From the NCBI GenBank assembly GCA_012727685.1, contig JAAYGO010000143.1, positions 1 through 62,777 on the forward strand: a stretch of DNA of 62,777 nt, read 5' to 3'. Origin of the DNA: Bacillota bacterium (GTDB lineage Bacteria > Bacillota > Dethiobacteria > DTU022). Both the position numbers and the translations under genes were made by a program. Under the pieces are notes generated by a model. That model did not search any database, was not told where the DNA came from, and saw only the letters and a program-made list of their open reading frames with translations. This document shows positions 9,182-18,885 of the stretch, piece after piece. Every line of letters begins with the position of its first letter. Position 1 is the first letter of the stretch.

Positions 9182-10576
9182 TTATTTCGGCGAAAAAAAG
9201 TTCAAAGGGTTTTGGGGTGGGTGTTTCCGGTAGTGCCCCCACTCGGGTCCCTTGGCAGCCCGGATCTCAAAATGGAGATGGATCCCGGTCCGGCCGTAAG
9301 TCCGCCCCGTATTCCCCATGATGGCGATCACATCTCCGCGGGAAACCGTTTGCCCTTGCGACACTGAGATGCTCTTGTTGTGCAGATAAAGGGTATAATA
9401 GTCGCCATGATAAATAATGATATAGTTGCCCATTGGAAACTCGGAACCGGTCTCTACCGCTACACCGCTGTCCGCAGCCAGTATCCTGGTGCTGTAACGG
9501 GCGGTACCGTTTGGGCAGATATCAATTCCGGGATGGGCCCAGCCGGAGTAACCCTGGGTTAACCGCCCCCCTCCTTCGACAGGCCAAATGAACTGGCCTG
9601 TGCCCATGGCTGGAGCGGTGGCTGTCCCGCGTTCCACCACCTGGGTTACCGGTTCTTCCAGGACTGTCTCCGCCACAATCGTGCGCGACAACTCTTCCCC
9701 GTTTTCACGGGTCACATGATAGATTACTTCTTTGCTACCGTTCCGGCCGGGAGTAACAATCCTGCTCTGGCAAGACCAGAGGCTGTCAGTCTCCACATAC
9801 CGGGTAGTGTAGGGGATCGGTTCCGTCACGGTCTGCTCCTCAACAGTGATCACGTGCACCAGCGGGATAGAGGCGTCATCGGCATCGGCCTCTCGGGTCG
9901 ATGAACCGCGGGAAAGGGCAACCGGTTCCCGGTCGGACTCACAAACAGTCAGCAGCGCCACTACATCTTCGGCGGCATATAGCTCTTCCGGCCTGACGCT
10001 GCAGGGAGCGACTCCCACTTCTTCGGCCAGGCTCGTCTCCAACAGCCTCACATTTTCAGCCTCTTCAAAATAAAAGTCGCCTAACAGCTCCACCACAGTA
10101 TCCACAACCTCTGCTGAGGCCACCGGGACAATTGGCTTTTGATCTACCGTGAGCACAACCGCATTTGTAACCATGGTCATGTTTTGACGTAAAGCATCCT
10201 TAACCGCGGAGGCGTCTGCTTCCTTGCCGGGGCGATATTCCCAATTTAACGCGATCCGCTCCCGCGGTGCAACGGGCATACCGTAATTATGGCTGCACTT
10301 TTCCGCGAGGGAATCGACAAAAAGCTCAATTTCCGCCGCATCACGGACATAGCCCACTTCACGGTTGCCCACATAAACCACGTAAAAAAAGCTCTCCAGA
10401 TAGCTATGTAGTCCGAGGACCGAAGCTAACACCAGAGAGGCTGCAGCCAAGTATAGCGACCAATGCAAGCTTTTCCCCTTTAACCATCGCCGCGGCTTGT
10501 ACAGCTCGCTGGGATGAAAAAAGAGTTTTAACCGGGCTGCCGGTGAGCGACGTGCCTTGATACCCCTGGACCTCAT
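9182..10576 (-). CDS. membrane-anchored peptidoglycan hydrolase with G5 domain and C-terminal M23 (LytM) metallopeptidase domain
   Basis: M23 motifs HPGIDI and HLHFEIR. G5-like segment (...RIVTPGRNGSKEVIYHVTRENGEE...). N-terminal TM helix. ATG 10576 has AAAGGGA 6 nt upstream, while the track start is TTG 10582. Confidence 0.8.
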   Translation of the reverse strand: MRSRGIKARRSPAARLKLFFHPSELYKPRRWLKGKSLHWSLYLAAASLVLASVLGLHSYLESFFYVVYVGNREVGYVRDAAEIELFVDSLAEKCSHNYGMPVAPRERIALNWEYRPGKEADASAVKDALRQNMTMVTNAVVLTVDQKPIVPVASAEVVDTVVELLGDFYFEEAENVRLLETSLAEEVGVAPCSVRPEELYAAEDVVALLTVCESDREPVALSRGSSTREADADDASIPLVHVITVEEQTVTEPIPYTTRYVETDSLWSCQSRIVTPGRNGSKEVIYHVTRENGEELSRTIVAETVLEEPVTQVVERGTATAPAMGTGQFIWPVEGGGRLTQGYSGWAHPGIDICPNGTARYSTRILAADSGVAVETGSEFPMGNYIIIYHGDYYTLYLHNKSISVSQGQTVSRGDVIAIMGNTGRTYGRTGIHLHFEIRAAKGPEWGHYRKHPPQNPLNFFSPK

Positions 10577-10600
10577 CAACAATCCCTTTCTGTTAGAGGC

Positions 10601-10633
10601 ATTGTTAAGGAATTATAATACTTCCTTAACAAT
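10601..10633 (-). promoter_or_regulatory. perfect 12-bp inverted repeat bracketing a TATAAT -10 hexamer upstream of the G5/M23 peptidase gene (candidate operator/promoter)
   Basis: ATTGTTAAGGAA (10601-10612) and TTCCTTAACAAT (10622-10633) are separated by 9 nt. On the gene's sense strand the spacer reads TATAAT (10617-10612). Confidence 0.4.
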
Positions 10634-10795
10634 TTTTAAGATATCACAGTTTATTCGCCGCACAGCAAAATATTCCTGCTAAAAAAATAAAAATATTTAG
10701 TGCGATCATCCTGGCAGACCCGATTATGCCAGATTTTGTTATTAATAACCTCTTTAAGATATAATTAACACTACCCCATTAACTTATGCGCTTTG

Positions 10796-12196
10796 CTAAA
10801 CCCTCACTTCCGCGTCAAGCCGCTTTAAAATTTCCCGCGAGGCGACCAGACCTGAAGCTGACGCCTGGACCAACCCCCGCGTCACGCCGGCCCCGTCGCC
10901 GACGGCAAATAAATTGGCGATGGCGGTTTCCAGGGTGTTGCTTAAGTGGAGCCGGAATGAATAGAACTTCACTTCAACCCCGTAAAGCAATGTATGCTTC
11001 GAATTGACCCCGGGGGCTAACTTATCGAGGGCTTCCAGCATTTCGATGATGGCCAGGAGATAGCGGTACGGCAGGACCAGGCTGAGATCGCCGGGAGTGG
11101 CCTCGGCCAGGGTCGGCTGCACCAGGCCACGGCGGATCCGCTCGGCCGTTGAGCGGCGGCCCATCAATAGATCGCCCAGCCGCTGGATGATGACGCCATC
11201 GCCGAGCATATTGGCCAGGCTGGCGATATATTTGCCATACCGAATCGGCTCATTGAACGGCTCGGTAAAGGTTTTACTCACCAGAAGCGCAAAATTCGTA
11301 TTGTCCGTTCTTTTTTCCGCAAAGCTGTGCCCATTAACGGTGACCAGGCCGTCATTATTTTCCGTGACGACAACCCCATATGGATTCATGCAGAAGGTCC
11401 TAATCCGGTCATCAAAAGAGCGGGTATAATAGATCAGTTTTGACTCATAAACCCGGCTCGTAATATGTTCCATTAAAACCGCCGGAACCTCCACCCTAAC
11501 TCCGATGTCAACCGGATTGTTCACCCCCTTCAAGCCGAGCCGCATCGATTCCCGGTAAAACCATTCCGCTCCCGCGCGGCCGGGACCGCAAATGAGATAA
11601 TTGGCGGCAATGACCTCGCCGGAGCACAGTTTTACACCAGCGGCCTTTTGATCCCGCACTACTATCTCCGCAACCTCGGTGCCGGTGGCAATATCAATCC
11701 TGTCCGCCAGGGCACGGTACATTTTTTCCAGGACCCGGTAACAGTTTTCCGTGCCCAGATGCCTGATCCGGGCCGGAATTAAATTCAAGTCCGCGGCAGC
11801 GGCCTGTCGCTGCATTTCATTGATGACCGCCGTTTCAGAGCCATAAACCGTCTCTGAAGCCCCGAATGAAAGGTAAAATTCGTCAACCTGGTGAATCAGC
11901 TCCCGCATGGTCCGGATATCCAGGTATTCATTTAAGACGCCGCCAAATTCAGGCGTGAGGGTCAGTTTGCCGTCGCTAAACGCGCCGGCGCCGCCCCACC
12001 CGCAGGTGATCGCACAAGGCTTGCAGCGCATGCACCGGCCGTATTCACCCTGGGTGGCGCAGCGCCGTTTCTCCAGGGAGACCCCTTTATCTACAAGCAG
12101 TATCCTCGCCTTGCTGCACCGGCTTAATTCCAGCGCAGAGAAAATGCCGGCTGGACCGGCACCGATGATGATGACATCGTATCTTTCCCCTGCCAA
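10796..12196 (-). CDS. FAD-dependent protein (COG2509-type NAD(FAD)-utilising dehydrogenase)
   Basis: N-terminal YDVIIIGAGPAGIFSALEL Rossmann motif and C-terminal FAVGDGAG motif. 466 aa. Confidence 0.8.
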   Translation of the reverse strand: MAGERYDVIIIGAGPAGIFSALELSRCSKARILLVDKGVSLEKRRCATQGEYGRCMRCKPCAITCGWGGAGAFSDGKLTLTPEFGGVLNEYLDIRTMRELIHQVDEFYLSFGASETVYGSETAVINEMQRQAAAADLNLIPARIRHLGTENCYRVLEKMYRALADRIDIATGTEVAEIVVRDQKAAGVKLCSGEVIAANYLICGPGRAGAEWFYRESMRLGLKGVNNPVDIGVRVEVPAVLMEHITSRVYESKLIYYTRSFDDRIRTFCMNPYGVVVTENNDGLVTVNGHSFAEKRTDNTNFALLVSKTFTEPFNEPIRYGKYIASLANMLGDGVIIQRLGDLLMGRRSTAERIRRGLVQPTLAEATPGDLSLVLPYRYLLAIIEMLEALDKLAPGVNSKHTLLYGVEVKFYSFRLHLSNTLETAIANLFAVGDGAGVTRGLVQASASGLVASREILKRLDAEVRV

Positions 12197-12198
12197 CG

Positions 12199-13545
12199 CT
12201 ATCCCTCTTCCCTCATGCCCTCGCGGGCGATATTGGCAAACTTCGTAAACTGGTTGTGGAAGTAAAGCTCGATGCTTCCCACAGGTCCATTTCTCTGCTT
12301 GGCCACCATGATTTCCGCCACATTGCGCTTTGGCGAATCTTCTTCGTAATAGGATTCCCTGTAAATGAATAAAACCATATCAGCATTGGCCTCGATCCCT
12401 CCCGACTCCATCAGGTCACTCAGCATGGGACGCTTCTTTTCTCTTCTTTCTACAGCCCGGCTGAGCTGTGACAGGGCGACTACCGGCACATTCAGCTCCT
12501 TGGCCAGGGCTTTCAGGGCCCGGGAAATCTCCGAGAGCTCCTGCTGCCTGTTTTCCGCACGGCTGAAACCGCGCATAAGCTGCAGATAATCAACGAAAAT
12601 AGCATCCAGGCCCCTTTCTGCTTTAAGTCGGCGCGCTTTAGCCCGAAGCTCCATGACTGAGAGGGAAGCCGTATCATCGATGTATAGCTCAGCCTCGCTC
12701 AAAGGGCCGACCGCACGGGTAAGGCGCAGATATTCTTCCGGCGAAATGGTGCCACGGCGCATTTTCTGCGCATCTATTTGCGCCTGCGCGCACAACAGGC
12801 GCAGGGCAAGCTGTTCCTTGGACATTTCCAGGCTGAAAAAGGCAACCTTCTTTTTGGCGTTTACGGCGATGTGCTGGGCCATGTTTAGAGCCAGGGTCGT
12901 TTTACCCATACTGGGGCGGGCGGCCAAAATGATCAGATCGGAAGCCTGTAAACCGGAGGTGAGCTGATCCAGATCGGTAAAGCCGGTGGAGAGGCCGGTG
13001 ACCCCCTTTTTTTCATCATAGAGCCGTTCAATCCGGTCAAATGCCTGCATTAAAACTTCTTTTAACGGTGCAAAACCCTGCTGTTTACCCTGCCGGCCAA
13101 TTTCAAAAATACTCTGTTCGGCCTGGTCGAGGATCTCTTCCACGTCATCCGTCGAATCATAGCAGCGTGCCACGATATTCGTAGCCGCATTAATCAGGGA
13201 GCGCAGGATCGATTTTTCCTGGACAATCTGCGCATAGTAGCGGACATTGGCCGCTGTAGGGACTGCGTTGGCCAGGCTGACCAGGTAAGCCATGCCTCCG
13301 ACCTCTTCAAGGGAGCGGCGCCGCTCCAGTTCTTCGGCAAGCGTAACCAGATCAACGGGCTCGTTTCTTTCACTGAGAGCGATGATCGCATCAAATATTT
13401 TTTGATGGGCGGTCCGGTAAAAGTCGTGATTCCGCAGCAGCTCGGACGCAGTGAAAATCGCTTCTTTTTCGATGATCATGGAGCCCAGTACCGATTGTTC
13501 CGCCTCCAAATTCTGAGGCGGGATCCGTTCACCGGTTACGGCCAC
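12199..13545 (-). CDS. dnaB: replicative DNA helicase
   Basis: Has IPPQNLEAEQSVLGSMI N-terminal signature, Walker A ARPSMGKTT and a RecA-like C-terminal domain. I moved the start to GTG 13545, which has AGGAGG 8 nt upstream. The track's 48-aa extension overlaps the lon-like gene. Confidence 0.95.
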   Translation of the reverse strand: MAVTGERIPPQNLEAEQSVLGSMIIEKEAIFTASELLRNHDFYRTAHQKIFDAIIALSERNEPVDLVTLAEELERRRSLEEVGGMAYLVSLANAVPTAANVRYYAQIVQEKSILRSLINAATNIVARCYDSTDDVEEILDQAEQSIFEIGRQGKQQGFAPLKEVLMQAFDRIERLYDEKKGVTGLSTGFTDLDQLTSGLQASDLIILAARPSMGKTTLALNMAQHIAVNAKKKVAFFSLEMSKEQLALRLLCAQAQIDAQKMRRGTISPEEYLRLTRAVGPLSEAELYIDDTASLSVMELRAKARRLKAERGLDAIFVDYLQLMRGFSRAENRQQELSEISRALKALAKELNVPVVALSQLSRAVERREKKRPMLSDLMESGGIEANADMVLFIYRESYYEEDSPKRNVAEIMVAKQRNGPVGSIELYFHNQFTKFANIAREGMREEG

Positions 13546-15460
13546 TGTTTGATCCCTCCTTGGCCAGCATGCCCGGCAAAACACTCTTGGCGAAGAAATG
13601 GGGTAGCAGTTCATGCACGCTGCCGGCCGGGATGATCTCCATATCTGGGAAACGGGTCTCGATATCGCCTTTATTTTCTTCAGGCACAATTACCTTGTTT
13701 AACCCGGCTAAACGTGCCCCATAGATTTTTTCCATAATTCCGCCCACCGGTTTTAAATGACCTTGCAGGGATAGTTCCCCCGTAATCGCGCAATCCTGAT
13801 TAACTGGCACTCCCTTGACTGCACTTAAAATAGCGATAAAGATCGCTGCGCCGGCCGAAGGCCCGTCAATATTTCCGCCCCCGACGACATTAAGATGAAG
13901 ATCATAATTGCCAAGGTCCAGTCCGGTTAAGCTGCGCAATACCGAAGCGGCCACAAAAACCGAATCGCGAGCCATTGAGCCGGCGCTCTCATTGAAGCGC
14001 AGCTTTCCCTTGCCGGCAACGGCAGCAGGGAAGGAGACCGCTTCAATTTCCAAGACGCTGCCTAAAAAACCGTAAACCCCAAGGCCCAGCACCCTGCCAA
14101 TACTTTTTCCTTTACCGCCGAGGGACTGGCTTAAGGGGAAAAGCCGGTTGCTTTGCAATACTTCTTGCATCACCTCTGTTTTGATCAGGCAGCTCTTGCG
14201 GCGGCTCCCTTTTTGCTGCTGTTCGTACAAGACCCTCCCATAAGCATCAACCAGTAAATTGACGGCCTGGCGCCCCTCATTGGTATAGCGGCTGATCAGC
14301 GTTGCCACTTCAGGCTCGATCGCCAGCTTGAGCTTTTTCGCCGCCGCGAGCACGATTTGCTCGATTTCAGAAGGAGTGAGCGGCTCAAAAAAAACAGCGG
14401 CGCAGCGGGAGCGCAGTGCGGGAGAGAGCATCTCCGGGGAGCGCGTAGTCGCTCCGATCAGGACAAAGTCGGCGGGCGCTCCTTTCTCAAACAGCATTTT
14501 AATATATTTAGGCACCTGCGGGTCGGATGGATCATAGTAAGCGGAATCAAAAATGACTCTTTTATCTTCCAAAACCTTTAGCAATTTATTTTGTAAACTT
14601 AAATCCATTTCCCCGATTTCATCGATGAATAAAACTCCTCCGTGGGCTTCGGAAACCAGGCCCAGTTTCGGCTCGGGAACTCCTCCCTCAATCAGATCGC
14701 GGCGCGCACCCTGGTAAATCGGATCATGGACTGAACCGATGAGCGGATTGGCAATTTCGCGGGGATCCCACCGCAGGGTGGTGCCGTCCACTTCGACAAA
14801 GGGAGACTCCGGGGCAAAGGCGGAACCTTTCAATGACTTGACATGCTCCAGGGCCAGGCGCGCAGCCGTGGTTTTACCCACACCCGGCGGTCCATAAATA
14901 ATCACATGGGGCGGATGAGGTGATGCCAATTTGGATACCAGGGCGGTAACGCCTTTTTCCTGGCCCACGATCTCCTCCAGGGAGCTGGGGCGCAACAAAT
15001 CCAGAGCAGAACGGGAAAGTTGCACGGAAAACATTTTTTCCGTTTGGGCATACTTTTTCAAAGTTTGTGAATTCTCTATACCCCCCAGTTCCCTAATTGC
15101 CTGCCTCTTGATTTCCAGCATGTATTCCTCGTGCCGCTCTTCAATTTTTGCCTTGATCTTCTGTTCAATCGACTCCTCAAGGGACTTCCGGGCAAGCAAA
15201 TCAGCCAGCGCTTCCTCGAGCTCGGCAATAGCTGCCGGGATTTCATCTCCGCTAGGAACCTCTTGCAAAGTGGGGTTCTCGTAAACCAGCCTTTGCAGGC
15301 CTAAAAGCTGTTGCTCCGGGTTGCGGGAACGGATTAAAGGCAGGGCTTCCAGCTTCCCCGCCTTCAGCACCATCTTTTCTGTGCCGTAAATATCATTAAC
15401 CAGGTCCAGCAAGGCATATAGCTGTCGCCGGTACTCTCTATTCTGTTCGGCGGCCTTCAT
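13529..15460 (-). CDS. Lon-family ATP-dependent protease (LonB/LonC-like; AAA+ module plus Lon Ser-Lys proteolytic domain)
   Basis: Walker A GPPGVGKTT, Walker B VLFIDEIGE, and a proteolytic domain with DGPSAG Ser motif and downstream Lys (HLKPVGG). 643 aa. Confidence 0.85.
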   Translation of the reverse strand: MKAAEQNREYRRQLYALLDLVNDIYGTEKMVLKAGKLEALPLIRSRNPEQQLLGLQRLVYENPTLQEVPSGDEIPAAIAELEEALADLLARKSLEESIEQKIKAKIEERHEEYMLEIKRQAIRELGGIENSQTLKKYAQTEKMFSVQLSRSALDLLRPSSLEEIVGQEKGVTALVSKLASPHPPHVIIYGPPGVGKTTAARLALEHVKSLKGSAFAPESPFVEVDGTTLRWDPREIANPLIGSVHDPIYQGARRDLIEGGVPEPKLGLVSEAHGGVLFIDEIGEMDLSLQNKLLKVLEDKRVIFDSAYYDPSDPQVPKYIKMLFEKGAPADFVLIGATTRSPEMLSPALRSRCAAVFFEPLTPSEIEQIVLAAAKKLKLAIEPEVATLISRYTNEGRQAVNLLVDAYGRVLYEQQQKGSRRKSCLIKTEVMQEVLQSNRLFPLSQSLGGKGKSIGRVLGLGVYGFLGSVLEIEAVSFPAAVAGKGKLRFNESAGSMARDSVFVAASVLRSLTGLDLGNYDLHLNVVGGGNIDGPSAGAAIFIAILSAVKGVPVNQDCAITGELSLQGHLKPVGGIMEKIYGARLAGLNKVIVPEENKGDIETRFPDMEIIPAGSVHELLPHFFAKSVLPGMLAKEGSNSGRNR

Positions 15461-15468
15461 AATTCCTC

Positions 15469-15915
15469 TTAATTCTCCTTTTCCACCTGAACTACAACCG
15501 TAGCTTTAACGCCCTGGTGCAGCTTCACCGTTACCTCGTGGCGTCCGATGGTCTTGATGGGCTCCGCCAAGGCAATTTTTTTCTTATCAACGGGGAATCC
15601 CATTTTTTCCAGAGCAGCAGCGATGTCGTTGCTGGTCACAGAACCGAATAAACGCCCCCCTTCACCGGCAGGCAAAGTAAAGGCAATTGTCTGCTGCTCC
15701 AAAGCCGCAGCCCGGGCGCGGCTTTCTGTTTCCAGGCGCTGACTCTTGAGGCGAGCCTGTGCCTCCTGGTGCTGCCTTTCCCGAAGCTTTTGCGGGCTAG
15801 CCTCCTCAGCCAACCCCCGGGGAAAAAGCAGGTTGCGGGCGTAACCCTCGGCGACCTCTTTAATCTCCCCCTTTTTCCCCAATTTTGGATGATCTTTAAG
15901 CAATATAACTTTCAC
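15469..15915 (-). CDS. rplI: 50S ribosomal protein L9
   Basis: [17 protein letters not shown]... is a canonical L9 N-terminus. GTG 15915 has AAGGGGTG upstream. The track start is an upstream TTG. Confidence 0.95.
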   Translation of the reverse strand: MKVILLKDHPKLGKKGEIKEVAEGYARNLLFPRGLAEEASPQKLRERQHQEAQARLKSQRLETESRARAAALEQQTIAFTLPAGEGGRLFGSVTSNDIAAALEKMGFPVDKKKIALAEPIKTIGRHEVTVKLHQGVKATVVVQVEKEN

Positions 15916-16004
15916 CGGACAACACCCCTTGACCAAATTACCGCTTTCGGCAATTAGTTAGCTTCGTCCCTTTTAATCGCGTCTCCTGCTTTTTAGCATA
16001 GACT

Positions 16005-16038
16005 AAAAAAGGTGCCGGGAACAAAAGTCTCCAGCACC
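16005..16038 (-). terminator. Rho-independent terminator after rpsR
   Basis: On the minus strand, GGTGCTGG...CCGGCACC forms a hairpin (16011-16038) followed by TTTTTT (16005-16010). Confidence 0.5.
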
Positions 16039-16062
16039 CCTGGATTGCGCGCGCGGTTTGCT

Positions 16063-16311
16063 TTATTCCGTGGTAAAGGGCAGCAAGGCCATGATTCTCG
16101 CTCTCTTGATCGCCTGGGTAAGCTGACGCTGATGCCCGGCGCAATTGCCGGAGATGCGGCGCGGTAATATCTTGCCTCGTTCAGTAATAAACCGTTTTAA
16201 CTTTTCGTACTGTTTATAATCAACCGTTTCAATTTTATCGACGCAGAAGCTGCAGATTTTTTTCTTCGGTTTGCGGGCTTTATCTCGTCTCACCAAAAAT
16301 CCTCCTCGCAT
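16063..16311 (-). CDS. rpsR: 30S ribosomal protein S18
   Basis: Has ...[49 protein letters not shown]. The ATG overlaps the ssb stop (TAATG). Confidence 0.95.
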   Translation of the reverse strand: MRGGFLVRRDKARKPKKKICSFCVDKIETVDYKQYEKLKRFITERGKILPRRISGNCAGHQRQLTQAIKRARIMALLPFTTE

Positions 16312-16724
16312 TAAAAGGGAATATCATCTTCATTAACAATCATTTCGTCCCCGGGCAGATCGCCCAAGTCATCGGACTGAGCTTCCTGATTGCGGGCCCA
16401 CTCCAAAAACCGCACGTCGTTGGCGACGACTTCAGCCACCTTTTTGCTGACACCCTGGCTGTCTTCGTAGGAACGAATCTGAAGCCGTCCGACCACTGCA
16501 ACCAGCAGGCCTTTTTTAAGATAGTTGGCACAGTTTTCAGCCAGCTTGCGCCAGGCAACAATCCTGATAAAATCGGCTTCCCTCGCTCCCTGTTGGTTGG
16601 CATAGGGACGATCCACGGCAATCGTAAATGTTGTCACCGCCACCCCATTGCCGGGAGTATACCTCAATTCCGGATCATGGGTTAAACGACCGATCAGTAC
16701 AACCTGGTTAAGCATTTTTGACAC
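16311..16724 (-). CDS. ssb: single-stranded DNA-binding protein
   Basis: OB-fold N-terminus [20 protein letters not shown] and an acidic tail ending DDIPF. Confidence 0.95.
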   Translation of the reverse strand: MSKMLNQVVLIGRLTHDPELRYTPGNGVAVTTFTIAVDRPYANQQGAREADFIRIVAWRKLAENCANYLKKGLLVAVVGRLQIRSYEDSQGVSKKVAEVVANDVRFLEWARNQEAQSDDLGDLPGDEMIVNEDDIPF

Positions 16725-16748
16725 CGCCTTTTGAATTGATTAACCGGC

Positions 16749-17036
16749 CTACTGGTCTTTACGCACGATAATAAAGCGGATCACTTCATCGTTAACCCGG
16801 TAAAAATGCTCAAGTTCAGGTGTAATCTCCTGCGGACCGGTGTACTGCAGCAAGTAATAGTGACCTTCTTTAAATTTATTAATTTCATAGGCCAGCTTGC
16901 GTTTACCCCAGTCATCGACGCTGTCGACCGTTCCGCCCTTTTTCATAATCGTTGATTGCAAATTGGCGATGAGCTCTTCCTCGGCTTCGGCCTCCAGGTC
17001 AGGTTTTAGAATGATCATCGTTTCATAATTGGGCAT
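16749..17036 (-). CDS. rpsF: 30S ribosomal protein S6
   Basis: MPNYETMIILKPDLE... is a canonical S6 start. Lies in rpsF-ssb-rpsR synteny. Confidence 0.95.
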   Translation of the reverse strand: MPNYETMIILKPDLEAEAEEELIANLQSTIMKKGGTVDSVDDWGKRKLAYEINKFKEGHYYLLQYTGPQEITPELEHFYRVNDEVIRFIIVRKDQ

Positions 17037-17066
17037 CTTAAGCTTTCACCTCCCTTTGGACTAAAT

Positions 17067-17100
17067 GGCCCCGCCGCACACGGCAGAGCAGGGACAGGCC
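17067..17100 (-). promoter_or_regulatory. possible rpsF 5' leader hairpin (S6:S18 autoregulatory element candidate)
   Basis: Sense strand GGCC-TGTCCCTGCT-CTGCCG-TGTG-CGGCGG-GGCC folds as a GC hairpin containing CCG. It lies about 30 nt upstream of the rpsF RBS. Structure was judged by eye only. Confidence 0.3.
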
Positions 17101-17155
17101 AGATCAATAATAGCATAACCCCCCAGATGGGAGCAAGCAAAATGGCCATTCCATT

Positions 17156-17353
17156 TTAACTTTTTTCATCGTTATTCTCAACAATTTGCTTAACCCGCCG
17201 TTCAAAGCGGACGCGGGGGAGCAACACACTGCGTCCGCATTTTAAGCATTTAATTCTTATATCCATGCCTACTCTTAAGATACACCAGAGATTTGAACCG
17301 CAGGGATGTCCCTTTTTCAGCCGTACCACTTGTCCGACTTGATACTGTGCCAT
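17156..17353 (-). CDS. DUF951 family small protein (YyzM-like)
   Basis: MAQYQVGQVVRLKKGHPCGSNLWCILRVGMDIRIKCLKCGRSVLLPR matches the DUF951 pattern. ATG 17353 has AAGAGGGA 5 nt upstream. Confidence 0.8.
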   Translation of the reverse strand: MAQYQVGQVVRLKKGHPCGSNLWCILRVGMDIRIKCLKCGRSVLLPRVRFERRVKQIVENNDEKS

Positions 17354-17400
17354 CGCTGTCCCTCTTAGCAATGTCATTCAAGAAACCACTGGCAAAGTGA

Positions 17401-18054
17401 TTAGGGCTTCTGTTGATCTAGCAAAGTGCAGATTTCGGTAAAAATAGCGTCAATCTCCTGATTACCATTAATGGTCGTAATCAATTTTTGCGCCGCATAA
17501 TAATCGATCAATGGCTCTGTCTGTTTTTTGTAGACCGCCAGCCTTTCGGTTACCGTAGCAAGAGAATCATCTTCTCGTTGATACAGTTCACCGCCGCATT
17601 GATCGCAGACATTGCGCACCTTGGGCGAATTAAACTTAATATGATAATTGGCACCGCAGTCGCGGCACACCCGGCGCCCCGTCAGGCGCGCGATCAGCTC
17701 TTCTTCTTCCACTTCAATGTGAATGACATGGTCTAGCTTTAACCCCATCTCCTGCAAAACATCGTCCAGGCTGCGCGCCTGGGCCACTGTCCGCGGAAAA
17801 CCATCCAAAAGGGCGCCGCCCCTAGATGCGGATTCCATCAATCGTTCCTTCACAATGCCCACCACAATCTCATCGGGTACCAGTTGTCCCTTCTCCATAT
17901 ACCCCCGGGCTTGCTTGCCTAGAGGCGAACCGCTTTTTATGGCGTTGCGCAAAATATCACCAGTTGCGATATAATCCAGATTATATTTACTGACCAGACG
18001 TTCTGCCTGGGTTCCTTTGCCGGCACCCGGAGGCCCCAAAAGAATTATCAGCAT
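17401..18054 (-). CDS. adk: adenylate kinase (long form with Zn-type lid CxxC...CxxC)
   Basis: P-loop GPPGAGKGTQ and lid CRDCGANYH...CDQCGGELYQRDDD. 217 aa. Confidence 0.9.
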   Translation of the reverse strand: MLIILLGPPGAGKGTQAERLVSKYNLDYIATGDILRNAIKSGSPLGKQARGYMEKGQLVPDEIVVGIVKERLMESASRGGALLDGFPRTVAQARSLDDVLQEMGLKLDHVIHIEVEEEELIARLTGRRVCRDCGANYHIKFNSPKVRNVCDQCGGELYQREDDSLATVTERLAVYKKQTEPLIDYYAAQKLITTINGNQEIDAIFTEICTLLDQQKP

Positions 18055-18149
18055 ATCGCTCCCTCACTTTTTGGAAACAATTAAAGTTCACATAGACATA
18101 TAGTGTTCTTCTTTTCCACCTTAATTCCTGCTAAAGACGAAAAAAAGCC

Positions 18150-18785
18150 CTACCACCAAGCGCCGCTTGCCCGTCCGAGTTGCAAACACCAGTAAAACAA
18201 GGACGAATTTTCGAAGTCTAACAGAGCGCCGGGCAAATCCATCAACCAGATCAACGGAGCACTGATTCCAATTATTAGACCGGTTACCAGCGCCTGCCGC
18301 AGCACTCCCAGCAGCGCCCCTGCCCAGCGCTCCAGCGATCTCTCTGGCAGGCGATCGGCGGAACGGATAAATGCCAATAAATTAAAAAAACCGATCCACA
18401 ATAACAACAAAAGAAAAAAGGAGACGGCATTGGTGGTTACCTGGGCCATTAAATCGGGCAAATTGCTCAAATCGGCAGATGCCGCCAGCGGGGAGTTGCT
18501 CAAGATGGCTTTCGGAATTTCCAGATTAACAGCCGTTATTTGGGTGTTGCCAAAAGCCGCTTCTACGGGAACAGCCAATTTACGGTTAATGATGGCTGCT
18601 AGATGCTCTTTGACTGCTACCTTTTTGGAGAGTAGAGCCATTAAATCTGCCTGGAAAGCAGCCGCCGCAGCCGCAGTTACTAGAAAAGAGAACAAATAAT
18701 ACACCATCTTTTTCCATCCAGAAAAATAGCCGGCAACGCCTCCCCAGGCTAAAAGGCATAACACAACGATTTCCAACAGGTTCAT
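18150..18785 (-). CDS. polytopic membrane protein, CvpA-like (tentative)
   Basis: Four or five hydrophobic helices. The N-terminus MNLLEIVVLCLLAWGGVAGYFSGWKK resembles CvpA-family proteins. There is no catalytic motif. Confidence 0.45.
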   Translation of the reverse strand: MNLLEIVVLCLLAWGGVAGYFSGWKKMVYYLFSFLVTAAAAAAFQADLMALLSKKVAVKEHLAAIINRKLAVPVEAAFGNTQITAVNLEIPKAILSNSPLAASADLSNLPDLMAQVTTNAVSFFLLLLLWIGFFNLLAFIRSADRLPERSLERWAGALLGVLRQALVTGLIIGISAPLIWLMDLPGALLDFENSSLFYWCLQLGRASGAWW

Positions 18786-18885
18786 TTTTCTCCTACCATT
18801 ACCGTTGGGCGATCAATCATACATATTTAGATCCACCTTTTAATATAACTAAAACAACAGTAATTAGCGTGGAAGGGGTGTTCAA

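Noticed and set aside
13546-13689. 48-aa N-terminal extension of dnaB in the ORF track
   Set aside because: It overlaps the Lon-like gene. The GTG at 13545 has a perfect AGGAGG RBS and yields a normal 448-aa DnaB beginning just before IPPQNLEAEQSVLG.
15938-16144. 68-aa minus-strand ORF in the rpsR-rplI spacer
   Set aside because: It overlaps the 3' end of rpsR out of frame and covers the rpsR terminator hairpin. It has no RBS.
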